DNA of 33,477 bases from a virus. Lineage: Duplodnaviria > Caudoviricetes. Positions 17,753 through 25,580 of this stretch are shown piece by piece. The notes beneath the pieces are model-generated. The model did not search any database, was not told the DNA's origin, and was given only the letters and a program-made list of their open reading frames with translations. A program made the translations under genes and the position numbers. The stretch is from IMG/VR virus record IMGVR_UViG_3300020042_005997, positions 1-33,477 of that record. One strand, written 5' to 3'. The number at the start of each line of letters is the position of its first letter. The stretch's first letter is position 1.

Positions 17753-18516
17753 AAGCCATCCTTTATTTTTTGTTGCAGGATATGGCTATCCATAATGTCT
17801 GAGTAAATGAGCCTTGATAATTCACATTGATAATCATCTTTGAACTTTTGCCTACTCAATTTGTCCAATCTTTTAGCTTTGTAAGCACTGATAGCCTGAG
17901 CGTCTAAGGTCTTTTTGTATGCCATAAATTGCCATTTCTTCCAATCATCATCACTCCACATTTCATCACGGATAACTTTCTTATCATAAAATGTGCGAAC
18001 CTTCATAGGTGCTAACATCAGGACAAAGTCTCTTTTGTTTTCTCTCCATAACCTGATGTCCTCATTGAATGTCTCTGTCCAATCAACTGGCTCATCCGTT
18101 GTGTTAGATGGCAATTCAATCTTTGCTTTCTTTTTGTCAATAGCCAAGTTGGTCTTCATCTTAAAGTCATTGTACGATTTCAGGATATCTGATAAGAATG
18201 CAACCGACATCATATTAAATGATTCGATTCTTTGCCATTCTTGACCTACTGCATTAAGCTGGAACGCAAGAGCCATCTCTCCAGTTGTGAGATATGGGTA
18301 GTGCGTCTGCATAGTCACATACAGAAGATTCGTTTCCTCATCTGATGGCAAATTCTTGATGCCATATAGAACAATTCCATAAGCAATGGATTGCTTGAAA
18401 ATTGAGAGCGTAATATCGCAAATGCGTGGCGATTCAAGACTTGTGATGAATGCCTTTTCGTTATGAGTTAACCCACTGTTGTAGGCTGTCTCTTTGAATT
18501 CTACCAATTGTGTCAT
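17749..18516 (-). CDS. Replication-associated protein (helicase-loader-like by position)
   Basis: 255 aa, directly downstream of the replisome-organizer-like gene; function inferred from context only. Confidence 0.5.
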   Translation of the reverse strand: MTQLVEFKETAYNSGLTHNEKAFITSLESPRICDITLSIFKQSIAYGIVLYGIKNLPSDEETNLLYVTMQTHYPYLTTGEMALAFQLNAVGQEWQRIESFNMMSVAFLSDILKSYNDFKMKTNLAIDKKKAKIELPSNTTDEPVDWTETFNEDIRLWRENKRDFVLMLAPMKVRTFYDKKVIRDEMWSDDDWKKWQFMAYKKTLDAQAISAYKAKRLDKLSRQKFKDDYQCELSRLIYSDIMDSHILQQKIKDGL

Positions 18517-18823
18517 TGTGGTTATTTTTAGTTGTTACAAATTTACTTAAATCCCAAGCTGAGCGAACCGCAGCTTTCCAATCTTTCATTTTATTTTTAC
18601 CGTACTTCCATCCAGTATTCGTATAATGCGATATGAAGACATCTGCAAAATGAAGCGCATCTTCCGAGTTAGCATTGGGCATTCTTTCCAGAAAGTAGTC
18701 GGCCACATCTTCAAGTGATGGCGCAGTGAAACGACATTCTTTCGATTTTGTTAGTTGACTTTCCAACTGGCTCACTCTCTCTCTTAACGAGTGAACCTCT
18801 AAGATTAAAGTATTGATGTCCAT
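18461..18823 (-). CDS. Replisome organizer/initiator C-terminal-like protein
   Basis: F.APSLEDV..YF...F..HY...GWKYGKNKMKDWKAAVR..W, typical of phage initiator C-termini. Confidence 0.7.
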   Translation of the reverse strand: MDINTLILEVHSLRERVSQLESQLTKSKECRFTAPSLEDVADYFLERMPNANSEDALHFADVFISHYTNTGWKYGKNKMKDWKAAVRSAWDLSKFVTTKNNHNDTIGRIQRDSLQQWVNS

Positions 18824-19256
18824 TGTTTAGCATTAGTTTAGTTGTTGTGCAATTATAACCATTTTTCTCAAATGCCAAGATAAAATCATTGACCAAGAAT
18901 TTGAATTGAGCATCTGTGGTGTACAGATTACAGCATTTTTTTACTGAGTGAATCACCGTTGCATGATCTATGCCATATGAATCACCAATACATTTGAGCG
19001 TTTTGTTATACTCGGTAAAGTAAGTGAATGCAATACAGATAGCACGTGCGTCAACAACTGCTCTTTTGCGTGTGCGACTTTTTATTTGAGTCTCATTGAC
19101 ATCCATAAGTTCACTGCACGTTTGAAAAAGAATCTCATCTACCTTCTTCATACTTTCGATATGCTCAAGGTCTTTTGTTGTTGTCACAATCAATTCACGT
19201 AGTTCAGCAAGTTGCTTTTCAATTTCGGTTATTGCGTTTAATATCATCTCATTCAT
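18711..19256 (-). CDS. Protein with DnaA C-terminal (domain IV) HTH
   Basis: IKSRTRKRAVVDAR...TLKCIGDSYGIDHATVIHSVKK matches the DnaA domain IV signature (DHxTV); no AAA+ domain; start MNEMIL at 19256. Confidence 0.8.
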   Translation of the reverse strand: MNEMILNAITEIEKQLAELRELIVTTTKDLEHIESMKKVDEILFQTCSELMDVNETQIKSRTRKRAVVDARAICIAFTYFTEYNKTLKCIGDSYGIDHATVIHSVKKCCNLYTTDAQFKFLVNDFILAFEKNGYNCTTTKLMLNNGHQYFNLRGSLVKRESEPVGKSTNKIERMSFHCAIT

Positions 19257-19515
19257 CTTGACCTCCGTAATTTTCTCCGAACTTTTCTCCGTAATAAATA
19301 CAAGCATTGAATCTTGCACTCAACTCATCATTGATATTGTCCATTTTTGTGCCTTCCATAAATGATTCAACAATCTGCTCACGTTCCATTTGTAGTGCTT
19401 CTTGAAATGTTTCATAAATTAAATCTAAATGAAGACTTAAAGAGCGTTCATTTTTTGTACATTCCAGTTCTGATAATTCAATTTCTAACCATTGAACTGC
19501 TGTCATTTTACTCAT
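19249..19515 (-). CDS. Small phage protein (TAVxWL...MEREQI type)
   Basis: 88 aa, tightly packed in the leftward operon. Confidence 0.65.
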   Translation of the reverse strand: MSKMTAVQWLEIELSELECTKNERSLSLHLDLIYETFQEALQMEREQIVESFMEGTKMDNINDELSARFNACIYYGEKFGENYGGQDE

Positions 19516-19517
19516 AG

Positions 19518-19706
19518 TTATAAATCTTTAAAGTTATTTGTAAATACTGCAAAATATGCCATAATTCCACCAATACAAAGAAGAAAACAGAATCCACCAG
19601 GCCATATTCCTGTTTGTTCTTCATACCATTGAGTGAATATTGGTAATAACAATGCACTAATCAATGTGCATATAAACATGATGTAAATTTTTGTTTCTTT
19701 TTTCAT
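19518..19706 (-). CDS. Small two-TM membrane protein
   Basis: 62 aa with two hydrophobic segments. Confidence 0.6.
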   Translation of the reverse strand: MKKETKIYIMFICTLISALLLPIFTQWYEEQTGIWPGGFCFLLCIGGIMAYFAVFTNNFKDL

Positions 19707-19726
19707 ACCAAATCATTTAAGTTAAT

Positions 19727-20247
19727 TGTTTTCATAGTTGTTTAGTTTTTTGTAAAAAATCAATGGCTTTATTTGTTGCATCTAATTCATTGATAAAATG
19801 TTGAGTAACATCTTTTATAGAATTTCCAATTAATAAATTGTGAACGTATTCAGAAGTGAACGTATTTAGTTGCTTTATATGATTTCTAATATTTCCCAAA
19901 GTTGTTAGTGCTAACATAACTATATCTTTATTGGCTTGATACCCAATTATAACAGATGATAGTAATTCTTCAGAAATTTCTACACAATAATAACCATCAT
20001 TATTTATTATGAATTTAAAAGCATATATACTATTATTATTTCCGACATCTGCTTGTGATGTTATATGAACATCTTTACTTATTGTAAAAGTTGGATGAAA
20101 ATATATATTGTCATCATCTAGTCCTTTGGCTTCTATGATACAATAATTATCTAAGTGCTTATACTTAGCCAATAATTCATTCCATTTTTTATTTTTTTTC
20201 TCTTGATTTGTCATTTTTAATGCTGTTTTCATAGTTATTTAGTTTTT
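19727..20247. repeat. 24-bp direct repeat pair (19727-19750, 20224-20247)
   Basis: tgttttcatagtt(g/a)tttagttttt, 23 of 24 identical; each copy spans a leftward start codon. Confidence 0.8.
19732..20232 (-). CDS. AT-rich hypothetical protein
   Basis: 166 aa, visibly more AT-rich than the genome core, bracketed by the 24-bp repeat. Confidence 0.65.
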   Translation of the reverse strand: MKTALKMTNQEKKNKKWNELLAKYKHLDNYCIIEAKGLDDDNIYFHPTFTISKDVHITSQADVGNNNSIYAFKFIINNDGYYCVEISEELLSSVIIGYQANKDIVMLALTTLGNIRNHIKQLNTFTSEYVHNLLIGNSIKDVTQHFINELDATNKAIDFLQKTKQL

Positions 20248-20250
20248 ATT

Positions 20251-20484
20251 TTAACGCTCGCAGTATTTAACGCATTCGTGTTCGTTTTCGTTTTCCGCTA
20301 CCGCCAATGAAATCAATTCGCATTTGTCCACGTTTATCATTTTAGATAACTTATCAATGTGATGGATACTCATTGTGATTGGGTACGTTTCGTATTTCCT
20401 GCCAGTTGGCCAAGTCACTCCCATTGCCTTTGCAAATTCGTAGGTAGATGGGTAGTGTGTTCTTATTAAAGTTCTAAATTTCAT
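20251..20484 (-). CDS. Cro/XRE-like helix-turn-helix regulator
   Basis: STYEFAKAMGVTWPTGRKYE...IDKLSKMINV pattern. Confidence 0.65.
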   Translation of the reverse strand: MKFRTLIRTHYPSTYEFAKAMGVTWPTGRKYETYPITMSIHHIDKLSKMINVDKCELISLAVAENENEHECVKYCER

Positions 20485-20488
20485 TTCT

Positions 20489-20887
20489 TTATATTTTACC
20501 AGTGAATAATACTTTTAATCTTTGGACAATTCCAAGCGTTGGTTTTTTGCGATGTGTTACCTTTCTTGGCTCAACCTTAATTACTTTTTTCGGATCAACC
20601 TTAACTTTTGTTTTAGTAAACAAAGTTGGTTGTGATGGATTGTTTTTATGCCTATAATATTCCGATTGCATTTTTTTATACTTCAAAAATCTATCCTCGT
20701 GGATTCTTTCCATACCTCTCCAATAACCATCTTTTTTCCAAATAATACCAGCTTGTTGCATAAAGACAAAACATTGTTTACCCATCTTATGTGCATAAGC
20801 TGCATCATTCATATTGTTATAATTCCTTGAATTCAAATCTTTGCACAGTGCATTGATTCTCTCTTTTGACATTCTTTTACGTTGCAT
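20489..20887 (-). CDS. Basic hypothetical protein
   Basis: 132 aa, Lys-rich, A-rich leader. Confidence 0.6.
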   Translation of the reverse strand: MQRKRMSKERINALCKDLNSRNYNNMNDAAYAHKMGKQCFVFMQQAGIIWKKDGYWRGMERIHEDRFLKYKKMQSEYYRHKNNPSQPTLFTKTKVKVDPKKVIKVEPRKVTHRKKPTLGIVQRLKVLFTGKI

Positions 20888-20944
20888 AATTTTTTCTTAA
20901 ATAGTTAAATAAATCTTTGGGACTTTCAAACGTGATGTCCCCCC

Positions 20945-21589
20945 CTAAAAAGGGAGGTCATCAGCGTTATTCATTTTGCCATCAACAATCGCATCTTTGT
21001 ACGGATTTTCGCCTGTGGTTAAATAGATTTCAAATGCCTGAGCAGTGGCGCATATCACACCAATCTGTTGGTTGATAGCTTCACCTTCGCCTTTGTGCAA
21101 ATCAACTGCTGCTTTCAATGCCACAGCACGTGCGATGTCAGCAGACTTATCTTCTTTGACAAATGACTTTGCAGCACCTCCACCATTCCACGCAGGTTTT
21201 TCATCCTTCGCCCATTTGATGTTCCAATACTTTCCATTTTGCGTGTATTCGTAACTTTTCTCATCCCCAACTTTGAAGGGAGGATCCTGAGTCTTGGCAA
21301 AGCAACCGCCAACGTCTCCGTTTTCCATTTCGACTTCGAACTTAAAAAGTTCTTTCCACGTGCCATTGTTCTGAATGGACTTGATTCTACTTGTTTTCAT
21401 TTTATTTTGGTTTTTAATTATTTCTTGATATTTTTTTTCTAAATCTGTTTCAAAGTCAATGTGCATCATCACACCTCTATAAGCAACTGTGATGAGTCTA
21501 CCTTGACTGAATTCATACTCTTGCCGTTTACGTTCACGATATGAAAGCGGTTTGCCAGTTTTGAATTCATCCCAATATTCCCAAGTCAT
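20945..21589 (-). CDS. Single-stranded DNA-binding protein-like (probable internal start at 21400)
   Basis: Beta-rich domain and acidic C-terminal tail DDLPF typical of SSBs; A-rich leader before MKTSRIK at 21400. Confidence 0.6.
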   Translation of the reverse strand: MTWEYWDEFKTGKPLSYRERKRQEYEFSQGRLITVAYRGVMMHIDFETDLEKKYQEIIKNQNKMKTSRIKSIQNNGTWKELFKFEVEMENGDVGGCFAKTQDPPFKVGDEKSYEYTQNGKYWNIKWAKDEKPAWNGGGAAKSFVKEDKSADIARAVALKAAVDLHKGEGEAINQQIGVICATAQAFEIYLTTGENPYKDAIVDGKMNNADDLPF

Positions 21590-21759
21590 CTTCTATACGT
21601 TTTTTCTTTTAGGAGTGCCTCCATCCTCTCAAATGGTTTGCGTGGAGATGAGTCTGCAATGTGCTGAGCAATCGCATTGAAATCAAGTTGCTCACTTGGT
21701 AGACTGGATGACATCACACAAATGTACTTGCGTGGGTATGTTAGATCAAATCTTTTCAT
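21586..21759 (-). CDS. Hypothetical protein, 57 aa (not in ORF track)
   Basis: MKRFDLTYPRKYICVMSSSLPSEQLDFNAIAQHIADSSPRKPFERMEALLKEKTYRR; overlaps both neighbours. Confidence 0.6.
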   Translation of the reverse strand: MKRFDLTYPRKYICVMSSSLPSEQLDFNAIAQHIADSSPRKPFERMEALLKEKTYRR

Positions 21760-22006
21760 AACTGATTTGGCTATTTAGTTTTTCAATCAATTCTTTTGCC
21801 TCATCTATATTGATGCAGTAATCAACTTTTGATAATTTGTAATTATCATTTTGACGAGCCTCAATCCAATTGCTTAACAATGCTTCCATTGCCATTGATT
21901 CCTTGTGACTGAGAACAAATACTGCTGAACTCAATGGATTTCTATCCGATTCGAATTGAGACAAATTAGTCGCATACAATTGGACTTTTTTATATTGCAA
22001 TCTCAT
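21746..22006 (-). CDS. Hypothetical protein
   Basis: Start MRLQYKK at 22006, immediately after the stop of 22008-22208. Confidence 0.6.
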   Translation of the reverse strand: MRLQYKKVQLYATNLSQFESDRNPLSSAVFVLSHKESMAMEALLSNWIEARQNDNYKLSKVDYCINIDEAKELIEKLNSQISYEKI

Positions 22007-22007
22007 A

Positions 22008-22208
22008 TTAGATAATTTGAAAGATGAAGATTTCAGTTGCGCAAGGGCCTTGATTGCCATCGTGAGCAAACGCCCATCCGTCTGCATCGTAACCGTAATC
22101 CAAACTCATTTCATTTGCTTTGTCTAACACATAACGGTTAGCCATTGATAGTGATTCGTAGTTACGAACTTCGGCGTTGATGCCTTCTTTGATGTGAACT
22201 TGATACAT
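22008..22208 (-). CDS. Hypothetical early protein
   Basis: 66 aa, long A-rich leader. Confidence 0.65.
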   Translation of the reverse strand: MYQVHIKEGINAEVRNYESLSMANRYVLDKANEMSLDYGYDADGWAFAHDGNQGPCATEIFIFQII

Positions 22209-22266
22209 AGTGTTTTGTTTTTGTTATTTGTTTGTGCGTTGTGGATGCGCACCCCCCATTTTGTTT

Positions 22267-22425
22267 TTACAGAGAAAGTAAATTTTTTAATTCGGATCTT
22301 TCTTGAACTAAGGAAGACCATTGAACAGCAGATTCAACTGAATTATTATTGCTTTCAATAATAGCAAGAATCAATTGATTCAATTCATCAATTCTTGTTT
22401 GGATTGGGTTGGGTTGGTTTTTCAT
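22267..22425 (-). CDS. Hypothetical early protein, 52 aa (not in ORF track)
   Basis: MKNQPNPIQTRIDELNQLILAIIESNNNSVESAVQWSSLVQERSELKNLLSL; first ORF after the leftward promoter. Confidence 0.55.
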   Translation of the reverse strand: MKNQPNPIQTRIDELNQLILAIIESNNNSVESAVQWSSLVQERSELKNLLSL

Positions 22426-22455
22426 AACGCAATGTTTTGTTTAATTGTTATGAGG

Positions 22456-22488
22456 CAAATATATGTAAATCTTTTTTAATAATCCAAA
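22456..22488 (-). promoter_or_regulatory. Bacteroidota primary-sigma promoter driving the leftward arm
   Basis: Minus strand TTTG (22488-22485), 21-nt spacer, TATATTTG (22463-22456): the canonical -33/-7 arrangement, in the divergent intergenic region. Confidence 0.8.
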
Positions 22489-22596
22489 TTTATTTTAATG
22501 AAAAATGAAAATATTTTTAGTTTCCCAATGTTTACGGGCCTTCCGAGATGCATTTTTTTTTGTGCATCCTATTGAAATTCATCTTAAATTAGTCAA

Positions 22597-22992
22597 ATGA
22601 AAGGTAAAATCATCCAATCAATGAAGCCAAGAGCCAAAAAACCATTGGCTGGTGAAGCTGGTGTGCAGGTTGCAATAGTTCAATACATCAAGATGCAATA
22701 CCCAAACGCACTTTATTGCGCCTCAGCAGGGGGAATGTTCACCTCAATGAAGCAGGCAATTAAGATGAAAATGACTGGATACGTGAAGGGATTTCCTGAC
22801 TTGCAAATCTGCGAACCTAATGAGAAATATCACGGTTTATTTATTGAGGTCAAGACAGACAAAGGTGTTGTGAGCAAAGAGCAAAAGGAATGGATAAAGC
22901 AATTGAACAAACGTGGGTATTATGCTACTTATGTGAAAGGTAGCGAAGATGCCATTAAATTGATAGATGCATATTTCAAAAACGCAATATGA
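22597..22992 (+). CDS. VRR-NUC domain nuclease (resolvase-like)
   Basis: GYVKGFPDL...LFIEVKTDKGVVSKEQKEW..L...GY, a PD-(D/E)xK pattern. Confidence 0.85.
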   Translation: MKGKIIQSMKPRAKKPLAGEAGVQVAIVQYIKMQYPNALYCASAGGMFTSMKQAIKMKMTGYVKGFPDLQICEPNEKYHGLFIEVKTDKGVVSKEQKEWIKQLNKRGYYATYVKGSEDAIKLIDAYFKNAI

Positions 22993-23449
22993 TCAGCATC
23001 GCAGGTTAGCCATTAACCTATGTGGTGGCAATGTCTATGAGGCAGATGATTTGCTGCACGATACTTTGCTTTGCATCTTTGAAAACGGCAATGAGATAAG
23101 GAATAGTGAACACTATATAAACCACGCACTGAAAATCGCACACTGGTCTAATCGTTCCCATTACCATAACACTATCCGAAAGTTCAACCAGATGTCGGAT
23201 GAGCCTACTGAATCACAACTCAGAGATTATGAGAGTGTCACCGTGTGGTTGGGAGATAGGATCACCAATGAGCAACTTGATATATTGATTAGTAGACTTC
23301 CTTTCTTTGAACGTGAGGTGTTCTATTTGTACGCATTAAACGACTTTTCTTACAATGATTTGAGTATTGATACTGGTATACCAAAAAAAGTCCTTTATAA
23401 CGCAGTTAAATACGCAAAAAACGAAATTAAAAAAGCAATAGTGATATGA
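22967..23449 (+). CDS. ECF-type sigma-70-like factor
   Basis: Region 2-like EADDLLHDTLL and region 4 LPFFEREVFYL....SYNDLS..TGIP..V...V..AK. Confidence 0.78.
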   Translation: MHISKTQYDQHRRLAINLCGGNVYEADDLLHDTLLCIFENGNEIRNSEHYINHALKIAHWSNRSHYHNTIRKFNQMSDEPTESQLRDYESVTVWLGDRITNEQLDILISRLPFFEREVFYLYALNDFSYNDLSIDTGIPKKVLYNAVKYAKNEIKKAIVI

Positions 23450-23940
23450 ATAAGATTTTAGAAATGGCAAATATGCGAATGGCTATTTGTCGAGAGTGTC
23501 CAGTTTACAATTCAACAACCCGAACTTGTGGCACTCCACTCAATAAGCTAAACCCATTTGCACAACCAGTTACACTTGATGGTGTGACCTTTAAGCCCTG
23601 CGGGTGTTTCTTAGACCTTAAGACAAAGATGACCTTCCAAGATTGCCCAGGTGGAAGATGGCCAGTTGTGGTGGATAGCGAAAAGAAAGCGCAAGCAAAA
23701 GAACTTGTGCAATCAGTTAAGGCAACCAATGTGCTTAGCGATTCGCAGCGCAAGTTGTTAGCCGAATTCGATGAGTTAATGAAAGGTAGCAAGGGCAAGG
23801 TGAGCAGTTGTGTGCCTTGCGTTAACAAAATGATTGACGACCTGAACAATCAACTAAAAACTGAGGAGGTGCTACTTAGTGAAGAACAAACCACAACACC
23901 TAAGAAACGTGGAAGAAAATCAAGAAAATCAGCAATATGA
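23446..23940 (+). CDS. Cys-rich zinc-binding protein
   Basis: RMAICRECP, CGCFL..KT....CP.GRW, SSCVPCV; ATGA-coupled to the sigma gene. Confidence 0.65.
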   Translation: MNKILEMANMRMAICRECPVYNSTTRTCGTPLNKLNPFAQPVTLDGVTFKPCGCFLDLKTKMTFQDCPGGRWPVVVDSEKKAQAKELVQSVKATNVLSDSQRKLLAEFDELMKGSKGKVSSCVPCVNKMIDDLNNQLKTEEVLLSEEQTTTPKKRGRKSRKSAI

Positions 23941-24134
23941 TGAGTCTGCTTCATTTTTGTTTTACGTTCTATATACTGACCGCCTTATTACTTATTGGGT
24001 TAATGACCTTGATGATCCTAAGGCGAACGCTACCTTTTTCTCTTGAGAATCTTATTGGTATGGTATTCACCGCCTTTTGTTGGCCTGTTGTGTTGGCAAT
24101 GACCATAGTGGAATTGTTCAAAAGTAACGAGTAA
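23937..24134 (+). CDS. Small two-TM membrane protein
   Basis: 65 aa, hydrophobic; ATGA overlap with the previous gene. Confidence 0.6.
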   Translation: MMSLLHFCFTFYILTALLLIGLMTLMILRRTLPFSLENLIGMVFTAFCWPVVLAMTIVELFKSNE

Positions 24135-24162
24135 TTAACAGACAACCATTGACCTGAATTAC

Positions 24163-24170
24163 TATCTTTG
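24163..24170 (+). promoter_or_regulatory. Bacteroidota -7 box TATCTTTG
   Basis: Consensus TAnnTTTG at the start of a ~420-bp non-coding gap. Confidence 0.55.
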
Positions 24171-24174
24171 TGGT

Positions 24175-24530
24175 GTTCAGGAGTTACAATTATTCCCCCT
24201 TTCATTTTAACCCTGAACAGTTATAATGATTGGGGGACTTTCTTTTATGGCGGTGCGAATACGCTTGGTAAAGGAAAGAATGCGTTACAAGGGGATGATG
24301 GCACAGCGCAGCGGTAGCATTAAGGACAAAGCCGCAAGACCATCACACGAGCCGAGAATCGTGTTAAAGTAGTGTCCAGGTCAAAGGTCAACGGTGACAC
24401 TTTGAAACTTGAAGGTGAGGGACTCATTCGACAGATTGAATCTTAATCATCAAAGGGGAGTGACCACTGAGGTGAAAGTCAGTAGGATATTCTCATTCCC
24501 TTTTGGTTCAGGATCTATTCTCTAGATTAA
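24175..24530 (+). ncRNA. Candidate structured non-coding RNA, family unknown
   Basis: No ORF in the track, higher GC, at least six stems including a 15-bp helix with three G-U pairs (24449-24463/24493-24507); bounded by two -7 boxes. Confidence 0.6.
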
Positions 24531-24541
24531 ATAATATTACT

Positions 24542-24549
24542 TATATTTG
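24542..24549 (+). promoter_or_regulatory. Bacteroidota -7 box TATATTTG
   Basis: Consensus match just before ATG 24559. Confidence 0.45.
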
Positions 24550-24558
24550 TTATTATAT

Positions 24559-24915
24559 ATGATTATACTACCTGCTCAAATCGAATCAATTAAAAGTCGC
24601 AAAGATAGAACTACTGCCATTGTGATAGGCACTAATGAACTAACACCTACTCAGGCAGGTCAAATATTCTCTCTCCAAAATTCGTTTGTCTATTGCGCTC
24701 TAAAAGAAGAGGAATTCGCTACTAATGAAAGAGACATTCTCAATGACTTAAAAGCTGACTTTGAAATTGAAAAGAAAAGCAATGGTCAAAGGTTAAGGAA
24801 TGTCCTCTATAAACTATACGAGCAGGATAAAGAAGGATTCTTGACCTTCACCAAATACTACGATCACAAGATGGAGCAATTGATTAACCATTTCAAAACT
24901 AAAATAGAACTGTGA
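24559..24915 (+). CDS. Hypothetical protein
   Basis: ATG 24559 (MIILPAQ); QRLRNVLY...F..YY...ME.LI pattern. Confidence 0.65.
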   Translation: MIILPAQIESIKSRKDRTTAIVIGTNELTPTQAGQIFSLQNSFVYCALKEEEFATNERDILNDLKADFEIEKKSNGQRLRNVLYKLYEQDKEGFLTFTKYYDHKMEQLINHFKTKIEL

Positions 24916-25142
24916 AAAAGTGTTTCACCTGCGGATGGCGGTTACCTTTATTCTTATTCGGAAAGGATGGGATGAGATACCAGCGTGAAAGTGATAAAGG
25001 AAGGGTGAAGGTGTGCAGGGTGTGTGAATATAAGAGATGGAATCAGTTGAGAGAGGTTTGGAAATTCAATTTTATTACGAAGAAATTTGAGAAAATAACA
25101 TTCGAGAGTAGGTGGGCTATATTAAAAAAAGTATTGAAATAG
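24912..25142 (+). CDS. Small zinc-finger protein
   Basis: CxxC...CxxC, basic, GTGA overlap. Confidence 0.6.
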   Translation: MKKCFTCGWRLPLFLFGKDGMRYQRESDKGRVKVCRVCEYKRWNQLREVWKFNFITKKFEKITFESRWAILKKVLK

Positions 25143-25163
25143 TAAACAATTAAACTAAACATA

Positions 25164-25559
25164 ATGGAAAGAGACGAAAAAGGGCGTTTGAAAAAAGGCC
25201 ACGGAGGATTAAAACCAAAGGGAGCGAAATCAAAATATAGTTCACAAGCACTTCAAACTAAACTTGAATCAATGTACAATTATTTCAAATCGTTTGAAAC
25301 TGATAATGAATTTTATGTTTATGGACATTTTAACCCTGTAAATAATGAATGTTTTTATATTGGCAAGGGTAAAGGTAAAAGAGCGTGGGATAAAATGCCT
25401 AATGCAAGAAATGATTATTGGTACAATTATATCAAATATGTACCAAATTATGATGTGAGATTAATTGTTACTGGATTGAGTGAACAAGAATCTTTGAGCG
25501 TTGAAGAAATTTTGATTAAGTCAAGGAATCCTATTTGCAATATTAAGTTATCTTTGTAA
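25164..25559 (+). CDS. GIY-YIG endonuclease with TerS-like N-terminal peptide
   Basis: FYVY..H...FYIGKG...RAW, E in the ESLSVEE helix and terminal N (CNI); the first 22 aa resemble a TerS N-terminus. Confidence 0.75.
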   Translation: MERDEKGRLKKGHGGLKPKGAKSKYSSQALQTKLESMYNYFKSFETDNEFYVYGHFNPVNNECFYIGKGKGKRAWDKMPNARNDYWYNYIKYVPNYDVRLIVTGLSEQESLSVEEILIKSRNPICNIKLSL

Positions 25560-25580
25560 ATATCAATAGCTTACAACATT

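Noticed and set aside
14880-22425. Lysogeny module or prophage boundaries
   Set aside because: No integrase, att-like repeat or host genes were seen; a single small HTH is not enough to call a temperate lifestyle.
24253-24500. Group II intron remnant (GTGCG start; GGTGAAAGTC resembling a domain V loop)
   Set aside because: Too short, no proper AGC/CGC-triad domain V, no interrupted gene and no maturase. A cmscan would settle it.
24175-24530. tRNA, tmRNA, RNase P or hammerhead identity for the structured region
   Set aside because: I found no cloverleaf or TTCRA arm with a CCA end, no GAGGAAAGTCC core and no CTGATGA..GAAA core.
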